Part shown: positions 26,908 to 34,128 of the stretch, in pieces
Layout: each line of letters starts with the position of its first letter
How positions within the stretch are numbered: the first letter of the stretch is position 1
Virus record (IMG/VR): IMGVR_UViG_3300023105_001410
Coordinates: 1-37,840 of that record
Source: a virus
Lineage: Duplodnaviria > Caudoviricetes
Length of the DNA stretch: 37,840 nucleotides
Reading direction: 5' to 3' (one strand)
Program-made: the position numbers and the translations under genes
Notes under the pieces: model-generated
Database searches by the model: none
The model's input: only the letters and a program-made list of their open reading frames with translations
Told to the model about the DNA's origin: nothing

Positions 26908-27662
26908 TAATCTCTTCTTTCAATATCGTCTTCTGTTAAATGGTTCCCCATCCATACTTCAATTACTTTTGCAGTAACATCGCCTATATTACTTGCTTTA
27001 TGCCATGTTAGCATAGGAATATCTATACTATCGCCTGCTGTTAATCTTTTTGTATGGCGTAGTCCGTTTGTATATTCAAGGATCATTTTTATTTCACCTT
27101 CTACCACATGCCAATGTTCAGAACGTTTAAAATGCCGTTGGTCGCTTAATGCTTTACCTGCATAAAACGCTAATTGTTTTACCTGCCAACCGTCACCTTT
27201 GTGTAGCACAGTGTATTTGCCCCAGGCACGTTCAGTAGTAGGTTGACTCCATTCTTTGAGTATCCAACTGCTTGAATTCTTTTTATCTTCGCCACCAACA
27301 CCAAATACAAATTCAACATCGTCATATATCATTTCAGGAATGTTGTCTTTGGTTCTATCGCCGCCGTTAGCAAATACGACTTTAGTTTGACTGCCTACAG
27401 TGGACAGCACTTGAAATATTGCAGCACAGGCAGTATCGTCATCGTCATTGAATCCTATAACTTCATTTACACAATCTAGTTCTTTAATTATTGCACAACG
27501 TTCTTCAAAGGGCATAAATGCTTTACCCTTTTTACGTGTAAGCCATGCATCACTATTCACACCTACAACAAGGTGATCGCCTAATTCTTTTGCTGCTTTA
27601 AAATATTCTATGTGACCACTGTGTAACGGATCAAAGCCGCCTGTAACCAATACTACTTTCAT
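26907..27662 (-). CDS. Cytidylyl/adenylyltransferase (TagD/RfaE-like) fused to a type II mannose-6-phosphate isomerase-like cupin
   Basis: GGFDPLHSGH, GVNSD, FANGGDR, NSSS; then RAWG, LSDQRHFKRSEHW. Confidence 0.85.
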   Translation of the reverse strand: MKVVLVTGGFDPLHSGHIEYFKAAKELGDHLVVGVNSDAWLTRKKGKAFMPFEERCAIIKELDCVNEVIGFNDDDDTACAAIFQVLSTVGSQTKVVFANGGDRTKDNIPEMIYDDVEFVFGVGGEDKKNSSSWILKEWSQPTTERAWGKYTVLHKGDGWQVKQLAFYAGKALSDQRHFKRSEHWHVVEGEIKMILEYTNGLRHTKRLTAGDSIDIPMLTWHKASNIGDVTAKVIEVWMGNHLTEDDIERRD

Positions 27663-27667
27663 GTAGA

Positions 27668-27673
27668 TATTTA
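27668..27673 (-). promoter_or_regulatory. Late promoter TAAATA 5 nt before ATG
   Basis: ATAAATATCTAC-ATG(27662). Confidence 0.6.
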
Positions 27674-27692
27674 TGTGGGTATATAATGATTA

Positions 27693-28694
27693 TCAAGTTA
27701 TTTGATTTTTGTTTTCTTCTCTTAATTTTTTATATGTTTGTTCAATATTACTCATTTTAGTATCACAATAGTAGTACTCGAATAAGTTCATTATCATTGC
27801 AATAATTTCGTCTTTAGGATGTCGATTGTCTTCTTTAAATTTTTGGAAGAACAATTCTGTAACAATTTCGTAACTTGGAAAATAAAACAACTTGGTGTTT
27901 ACATCAGACCAATTGTCTCTATAAAATTCATCTAGTGCAGCTCTTAATATTGATTTGGATACACTGTTAGCACTCATACAACTTACTGGTCGGAAAGTAG
28001 CTGCTAAAGGTACAGGACTTAGAGTAAACAGCAGCTTTGCATTTGGTATGTGCTTGCGTATTATGTTATAAATTTTTTGTAGATTTTCTTTTGTTTCTAA
28101 TAATGTACACACTCTAAATTTATGCCTGCTTGGATCAACTTTGTCCTGTGGTACAGCTCTCCAAAATACTTCGCCAGTTACTTCGTCATACCATATCTCA
28201 GATAGTCCTAATGTGATAATAAAAAATTCTGTATTTAAAAATGCTTCTTTTGTTTTTTCTTTGATCTCATCTGAATAACCGTAATCTTCTGCTTTGTAAC
28301 CGTGCCATAATGCTTGTGTTGGCGTCTTATCTTCTAGTGCCCATTCAAATTGTTGTAGAAGTGAAAATGTGTTTACAAGACCTTCACCCATAGAACTAAT
28401 ATAGATATCAGGTTGTTCGTCTTTTGATAACGAATACCCTGCATTACTTAAATGGTTAGCAATGTTGCTTGCAAAACAACTACCAAATGCTGTAACCTTA
28501 GTGTTTTTGGTAATAATTTTATTATCAGGTTTCCAACCTTTAAACAGATAGTTATCAAGAAAATTTTCTTGTTCGAAGTCTTTTAAGTAAGGATTAAAAT
28601 TTACATACTCTCCTCTATAAAAAGATCTTCCTATCCTTTTTTTTGCGCCGCCGTCGTGTCCTTGATATTTTCCTTCTAAAGCAATTTTACTCAT
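27693..28694 (-). CDS. GSCFA-family protein (SGNH-like)
   Basis: GSCFA, ITLGLSEIW, TLSPVPL, SKSILR, YFPSYE, DNRHP; start at the ATGA overlap, 28694. Confidence 0.88.
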   Translation of the reverse strand: MSKIALEGKYQGHDGGAKKRIGRSFYRGEYVNFNPYLKDFEQENFLDNYLFKGWKPDNKIITKNTKVTAFGSCFASNIANHLSNAGYSLSKDEQPDIYISSMGEGLVNTFSLLQQFEWALEDKTPTQALWHGYKAEDYGYSDEIKEKTKEAFLNTEFFIITLGLSEIWYDEVTGEVFWRAVPQDKVDPSRHKFRVCTLLETKENLQKIYNIIRKHIPNAKLLFTLSPVPLAATFRPVSCMSANSVSKSILRAALDEFYRDNWSDVNTKLFYFPSYEIVTELFFQKFKEDNRHPKDEIIAMIMNLFEYYYCDTKMSNIEQTYKKLREENKNQIT

Positions 28695-29530
28695 ACTTGT
28701 TCTAAATCCTTCCACGAAGAAGATTTTCCTTTTTTTGTATCATACCATAGATTTCCGTATATTTGTGTTCGTTGTATTACTTTATGATCGTATTTTAACT
28801 TTACTGCATGTAATGTATTATTATCAGGAGCAAACATTGTAATAGAATTGTTCTTTACATGTTGAAAATTGGTCTCACACCAATCCCACGGCACCCAGCA
28901 TCGATCTACTGCTGTATTATCTTTCCAATAGTCATATATGTTTGATTTACTATCTTTAAATGACATAAAATGAGTATGTAAGTCTAGTTTTTCAGACAAT
29001 GCTGTATCAGTGTTGATGTTTATCATGTATGTTAAACATTTTGTTCTAATGTCAGGATGTGGACTAATTTCATATCCCGAAAGATATTTTTGTATAGCAG
29101 TTTCGACTATTGTTTTTTTTGTTTTCCCAAACTTTTCCTTAATTACATTATGAAAGGTATCTGAATTCAAAAAGTTCATTAATTCTTGTATCTTTTCGTT
29201 AGCATAGGATCTTAGACGCATACTCATTCCAAATCCTTCTAACAAGTCATCATTATGAAATCCTGTAGTTGTAGAATTGTTATACCAATCTAAATATTCA
29301 TTAACTGATGTTGTGCATCCTGGAAAAGGAACAGGTTTGTATTTTTTCGATTGAAGGTCTTCAATTAATTCCTCGGTAGAATTATATTTTTGTAAATTTA
29401 TTTGTTTATCTGAAGTAATTAATTCAAAGTCCTCTTGATTAAAGAAATTTTCTATATATAGATATTTAAACGGACTTTCAACAAAGTCAGCTCTGTGTAT
29501 CTTGTCTATAATGTAGTCAAAATGCGCCAT
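28691..29530 (-). CDS. 2OG-Fe(II) oxygenase
   Basis: ISPHPD ... TLHAV ... RTQIYGN. Confidence 0.7.
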   Translation of the reverse strand: MAHFDYIIDKIHRADFVESPFKYLYIENFFNQEDFELITSDKQINLQKYNSTEELIEDLQSKKYKPVPFPGCTTSVNEYLDWYNNSTTTGFHNDDLLEGFGMSMRLRSYANEKIQELMNFLNSDTFHNVIKEKFGKTKKTIVETAIQKYLSGYEISPHPDIRTKCLTYMININTDTALSEKLDLHTHFMSFKDSKSNIYDYWKDNTAVDRCWVPWDWCETNFQHVKNNSITMFAPDNNTLHAVKLKYDHKVIQRTQIYGNLWYDTKKGKSSSWKDLEQV

Positions 29531-29541
29531 TTATTTTCCTT

Positions 29542-30237
29542 CTATAAGCTTTTTAAAATATTTATAATTGGATTTAAATTTAATTGTCCAACTGTAAACA
29601 CAGGATGATCTACTGTAGAAATTGTAGCAATCAATCCTAACGCAGCATAATGATCTTTGAACTTAATTTTATCTCCTTTTATTTTATCAGAAAATTCTAC
29701 CCAAGCAGCAGGTATTCCATATGCGTGAGCTGCAATAATTCCGTGTAAAGAACTACTAATAATTTTCTTGCATTGAGATATTTCTTTAGCAACTTCTAAA
29801 GGATCGTCATTTATTACATTAATGATTTTATAGTTAGGATAATACTCTTTGACGTAATCGTAGTCAACAAAATGTGGAACAATACCAACGTCATATTTCT
29901 TTTCTTCTGCTGGACATAACAATGGCAATAGCATTGCTGCATCGCCATATATTTCAGGACAGCTGCCTCCGCAGTCTAATACACGTTGTCTAGTATAAGG
30001 ACCCCTCACAAATCTCCAGTCTGCGTTTGGATTTAATTTTTCTTTACGGCCATTTATCATGCCAGAACCTAATACAATTGTGCCGTCTTTTGCATGTCTT
30101 GCAATTGATCCTATACACAGTAGTTGGGCATCTTCAATTTTAGTAGGTGTATAATCAATATTAAAATAATCTAAGATATAAGGTGTAAGTAAATCTCCAA
30201 AGTTTTTGTCCTTTGTTAGCCACCATGCATTATACAT
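29542..30237 (-). CDS. Polysaccharide pyruvyltransferase (ExoV-like)
   Basis: NFGD, IGSI, VRGPYT, GDAA, IVPH, SSSLHGIIAAHAYGIP, KFKD. Confidence 0.85.
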   Translation of the reverse strand: MYNAWWLTKDKNFGDLLTPYILDYFNIDYTPTKIEDAQLLCIGSIARHAKDGTIVLGSGMINGRKEKLNPNADWRFVRGPYTRQRVLDCGGSCPEIYGDAAMLLPLLCPAEEKKYDVGIVPHFVDYDYVKEYYPNYKIINVINDDPLEVAKEISQCKKIISSSLHGIIAAHAYGIPAAWVEFSDKIKGDKIKFKDHYAALGLIATISTVDHPVFTVGQLNLNPIINILKSL

Positions 30238-30923
30238 TATACTTTTCCTAGATTTGAAGTAAGGCTATGTGTTTTTATATTCGAACCTTCACTATAAAAA
30301 GGATGTAATCTAGCAACACTAGGAACAGTTGTATTAGTTTCCAATACCCAATCTCCTATCTGTTGGTCAGCGGTAATGTGTCCTTCTTTTCTAATGTGTT
30401 GAACAAGTTTGTGGGCACCTTGGGGTTTGATGATATATGCATATGCCCCTTTGAAATAATTGCCAGTACCTAATTTCACAGGATTTTTAGGACTTAAATT
30501 AACATATTTTTCTATACGTAAATCTAGTCCAGCTTCTTCTTCTATAGATCTATTATAAGAATTACTATACGGATCAAGTCTGTCTAATTTAAGAACGTCG
30601 TTAAATTGGTGTACTATATTTTCTGGAAGTGGACGTAACATAAAACCGTCGTGTTCTAATACTAATATTGGCTTTTTTATTTTGATACATTCTTGCCAAA
30701 TATAGTAATGACTAAAAAAGCAACCTAGTACGCCTAGTTTACCTTTTTTTAACTTTTTCTTTGCTTGTATGCCTGTAAGTTCGTAATGTTTTTTCGCATC
30801 TAATCCGTTTATAGCTTTGAAATATTCTGGAGTAAGACCGACCTTTACAGCCTGATCAAAACACTCTTGTGCCATTCTACAAGAATGTGGATTTTCCTCT
30901 AAACGTATTATGTAGGTTTTCAT
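30237..30923 (-). CDS. GT25 (Lex2/LgtB-like) glycosyltransferase
   Basis: TYIIRL, AING, GCFFSH, LVLEHD, GAYAYII.P.GA; start at the ATGA overlap, 30923. Confidence 0.82.
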   Translation of the reverse strand: MKTYIIRLEENPHSCRMAQECFDQAVKVGLTPEYFKAINGLDAKKHYELTGIQAKKKLKKGKLGVLGCFFSHYYIWQECIKIKKPILVLEHDGFMLRPLPENIVHQFNDVLKLDRLDPYSNSYNRSIEEEAGLDLRIEKYVNLSPKNPVKLGTGNYFKGAYAYIIKPQGAHKLVQHIRKEGHITADQQIGDWVLETNTTVPSVARLHPFYSEGSNIKTHSLTSNLGKV

Positions 30924-31375
30924 AACGTAGCATCTTCCATACCTGCAACACGTAATTTTACAACATTTGTTATTTGCCATTGCTTTTGATCAAGGGCCTT
31001 TAAGACTCCTAACCATTTGTTACGCATTAGTGCAAACTCATTGATAATCTTTTCATAGTCAACAACGTCTGCCTCGCCGTCAACGTATTTTTCTACGTCA
31101 CGACTAGACAGAGCTCGTTGATAATTTTCAAGATATTTTTTGAAGAAAGAGCTACGCAGTCTACGTAGCTCAATGTTCAAATAATTTAGTATGGCTTCAA
31201 TTTCTTGAAGTTGATTAAAACGATGTTCTACAATACCGGGCATTGCTGCCGCCGACTTTTCAACATTGCCTACAAGTTTACATTCATTTTTTGCTATTGC
31301 AAGTTCTGTCTCAAAGTACTGTATTGCATCAGGTATTTTGTTTATGTCGCGACTTACTTCGCTGTACCAACCCAT
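30920..31375 (-). CDS. uvsY: Recombination mediator UvsY
   Basis: Helical ~150-aa protein near uvsX; KYVDGEADVV...KALDQKQWQITN resembles UvsY. Confidence 0.75.
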   Translation of the reverse strand: MGWYSEVSRDINKIPDAIQYFETELAIAKNECKLVGNVEKSAAAMPGIVEHRFNQLQEIEAILNYLNIELRRLRSSFFKKYLENYQRALSSRDVEKYVDGEADVVDYEKIINEFALMRNKWLGVLKALDQKQWQITNVVKLRVAGMEDATL

Positions 31376-31602
31376 TAATCATCCCATTCGTCGTAATCAT
31401 CATCTACGTTATCTAAATCTAAATAATAACTTATAGCTTCGTCAAGGACTCTATCGTGACCGATAGCTTCTTTGAATACTTGATCATCTACACCGTAATC
31501 TGCAAGTAAATCTATATATTTTTCTGCTATAACATCTATCTGTTTTTTATCTAGATATTCCTTAAACATGGTCCAAATATCTGCAATTTGGTCTTCACTC
31601 AT
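31375..31602 (-). CDS. Small acidic hypothetical protein
   Basis: Coupled between uvsX and uvsY. Confidence 0.7.
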   Translation of the reverse strand: MSEDQIADIWTMFKEYLDKKQIDVIAEKYIDLLADYGVDDQVFKEAIGHDRVLDEAISYYLDLDNVDDDYDEWDD

Positions 31603-32689
31603 TGGCTACTGTTTCCTCGATTAGTTCTACATCAGTTGCTTCTTCGTCAACTTCAGAGGTATTTACCACAGAAGCCTCCTTAATTAAGTAATCTGACATA
31701 ACTTTATCGAGTAGTTCACCGTTCCAGTTTTTACGATATTCTAATAGTTCTTCACCGTCAATTGTTTCATACTTTAGACGATTGCCTTGCTTAACAATAA
31801 CACCTTTTGCTTCAAACAGCTCAAGCAGTCCGCTATATGGATTCATACCTGTTTCGTATGGAATCTTAACTTGTACACCTTCAAACGGTTTAGCATAACG
31901 TGTTTTCATAACCTTACAAGCGGCACGAATACCACGCACTTCACTGATCTTGTTACCGTCTTCATCTTCTTTAAGTTTCAACTTCTTCATTGCAACTACG
32001 ATAGATGATGCGTAGATAAAGCCTTGACCGCCTGAGATTTTATCATCTGGGTCAAACATATCTTGCGATGCATAAGTGTGGTTAGTTGCTACTAAGCCTA
32101 CATTGTGCGAACCAAACATATTAACGGTGTTACGAACAAGTGCTGTTAGTGCTTTAGGCTTACGACCCATATCACCTTTCATATCACCTTTGTTAAACTG
32201 GTCAACGTCTGTAGGTGTTAGCAACATGCCTAGTGAGTCAACTACAAACAATACCTTAGGACGATCTTCTTCGTTCATTGCTTTGTAGTCTGCCATAAAC
32301 GTACTAATAGTCTTTGCTACGTCATCAATCATTGACATATTAAGTTTTAGCAGTTTATCTTCTGAAGTATCTACGTCAAGTGCTTGTAGCCACGCTTCGT
32401 CAAGTGCGTTCTCTGAGTCAATAAGAACTACAAAGATACCTTGATCTTGTGCTGACTTTACAATGTTGCCTGAACAGATATAAGACTTACCTGCACCAGA
32501 TTCGCCTGCAAATACGCTTACTTTGCCTAGCGGAATACCTTTGTTCCAATCACCTGAAATAAGATAGTTGAGTGCAAAGTTACCTGTGCTAATCCAATCA
32601 GTAGGATCGTTAAATCCTGCACTCATGCCTGTAATGGATTTCGTTAGCGATGTTCGAAACTTAGTAGGATCGAATGCCTTATTAGCCAT
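31595..32689 (-). CDS. uvsX: RecA-like recombinase UvsX
   Basis: GESGAGKS, IDSENA, VVDSLG, DMGRKPK, NHTY, SGG, KTRYAKPF. Confidence 0.93.
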   Translation of the reverse strand: MANKAFDPTKFRTSLTKSITGMSAGFNDPTDWISTGNFALNYLISGDWNKGIPLGKVSVFAGESGAGKSYICSGNIVKSAQDQGIFVVLIDSENALDEAWLQALDVDTSEDKLLKLNMSMIDDVAKTISTFMADYKAMNEEDRPKVLFVVDSLGMLLTPTDVDQFNKGDMKGDMGRKPKALTALVRNTVNMFGSHNVGLVATNHTYASQDMFDPDDKISGGQGFIYASSIVVAMKKLKLKEDEDGNKISEVRGIRAACKVMKTRYAKPFEGVQVKIPYETGMNPYSGLLELFEAKGVIVKQGNRLKYETIDGEELLEYRKNWNGELLDKVMSDYLIKEASVVNTSEVDEEATDVELIEETVANE

Positions 32690-32713
32690 AATTAATCTCC
32701 TAATCTAAAAAGC

Positions 32714-32736
32714 AAAATGGGGGATTGCTCCCCCAT
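32714..32736 (-). terminator. Rho-independent terminator after gp32
   Basis: ATGGGGGA-GCAA-TCCCCCAT followed by a T-run. Confidence 0.85.
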
Positions 32737-32742
32737 AATATA

Positions 32743-33732
32743 TTACTGTCCTTGACGTGCTCGGATCATTGCAAGAATGTCTTGCGCACCGCCGGCATCT
32801 CCTGTCGCTTCTGCTGCTGGAGCAGCTTCAGGTTCTGGAGTAGGTTCAACAACTGGTGCTGCCTCTGCTACCGGAGCAGGAGCAGTTTGACTAGTTGCAG
32901 TACCATTAGATGTCGCTACATTAGGATCACCTGTACGTGCAGCCATGCCGCTTGGACGGAAGTAATTGCTCCAACGATCTGCATCGTATGCTTCACCGTC
33001 TACTGACGCTTCAAACATTTCCTGCATCACCTTGACAGCAGTTTCGTCTGGCTTTTTGGGAAGGAAATCTGAAAGATTAAACAAGCCGTGTTCGTTAATT
33101 GCAGCCATTTCTACATCACTCAATGGACGCTCTCTACGTGCCCAATTAGATGTGCCATAATCTGCATAACCGCCTTTTGAAGTTTTATTAAGACGGAAGT
33201 CAACACCAGCAGTATAATCTGTTGGCAACTCTTCCATGTCTGGATCCATAAGCGCCTGCTTAATGATCTGGAAGATTTGTGGACCAATAATAAAGCGACG
33301 AATTGGATTGTCGGGTGCTTCATCATCGGCTAGCGGATTGTCCGTTACAAAGCCTTGGAAGATATACGAACGCTTTTTCCAATACTTACGACCCATATCT
33401 TCTAGACTTGGATCTTTAAACCAGCCACGTACTTCATTAAGAATGTTACATGTCTCGCCGTACATTTCCATACATGGAATTTGTACTTGTACTGGACGCG
33501 AACCTGTGTCGCCTTTTACTCCGCTAAAAGGAAGTTTAATCATCAGACGCTCTTTCCAAAAGAAAGTATTATCGGCGTCACCGTCAGGTAAGAAACGCAT
33601 AGTTGCGCTTTCGCCTTCTTTAATATTCCAGAATGGGTAAATTGGGTTAGGGCCGCTTGGGCCGTTTGATGCACCTGATGAACGTGCTTCTTGTTCTTTG
33701 AGCTTTGCTCGGATTTCTGCTAATGATGCCAT
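32743..33732 (-). CDS. gp32: Single-stranded DNA-binding protein (T4 gp32 family)
   Basis: MRFLP, CMEMYG..C, KYWKKRSY, IGPQIF, GVDF...K...GGYADY; Pro/Ala-rich acidic tail. Confidence 0.88.
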   Translation of the reverse strand: MASLAEIRAKLKEQEARSSGASNGPSGPNPIYPFWNIKEGESATMRFLPDGDADNTFFWKERLMIKLPFSGVKGDTGSRPVQVQIPCMEMYGETCNILNEVRGWFKDPSLEDMGRKYWKKRSYIFQGFVTDNPLADDEAPDNPIRRFIIGPQIFQIIKQALMDPDMEELPTDYTAGVDFRLNKTSKGGYADYGTSNWARRERPLSDVEMAAINEHGLFNLSDFLPKKPDETAVKVMQEMFEASVDGEAYDADRWSNYFRPSGMAARTGDPNVATSNGTATSQTAPAPVAEAAPVVEPTPEPEAAPAAEATGDAGGAQDILAMIRARQGQ

Positions 33733-33823
33733 AGTTATGCCTCCTATTGTTATGCCTATGTGCTTTGTGCCTATATTTGTGTAGCACAGTTATAATACTA
33801 CACTCGTTTATTTATCTTGTCAA
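33733..33823 (-). promoter_or_regulatory. gp32 control region: sigma70 promoter, nested TAAATA, hairpin/pseudoknot and AGGCA repeats
   Basis: TTGACA(33823-33818)-17-TAGTAT(33800-33795); TAAATA 33814-33809; GTGTAG/CTACAC stem; AGGCA at 15-nt period; GGAGG SD. Confidence 0.75.
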
Positions 33824-33842
33824 CTATTTATTTAATTATTTT

Positions 33843-34076
33843 TTAATCGTATTCTACGCCATCTTTTTGTAGAAGATCTCTAAGATACTTTTCTGTAATA
33901 AATCCGTCTACATATGCATCTCTTAGTGCGTATGAACATTCTTGCATAGTCAACTTAGAACCACCCTCTTTCAATTCTTGTACAATTGCTGCAACCATTC
34001 CTGGATAAGGTTTGTCTCCTCTTGCAACAAGTTCCAAACATCTTGTTTTTAATTCTTCTGTAGTTGTAATAGCCAT
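33843..34076 (-). CDS. Hypothetical protein (77 aa)
   Basis: AGGAG SD 6 nt before ATG. Confidence 0.7.
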   Translation of the reverse strand: MAITTTEELKTRCLELVARGDKPYPGMVAAIVQELKEGGSKLTMQECSYALRDAYVDGFITEKYLRDLLQKDGVEYD

Positions 34077-34091
34077 TTACTGCTCCTGTAT

Positions 34092-34128
34092 AGGAGTCTT
34101 GCAGGTTAGCGTAAACCTGCAAGCTCCT
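34092..34128. repeat. 15-bp inverted repeat (one bulge) straddling the stop codon of the 821-aa gene
   Basis: aggag(t)cttgcaggtt ... aacctgcaagctcct. Confidence 0.8.

Noticed and set aside
16661-30923. Bacterial chromosomal LPS/capsule locus or host contamination
   Set aside because: The genes are interleaved and translationally coupled with T4-like core genes (uvsW, uvsY, gp62-like), and there are no export or flippase genes
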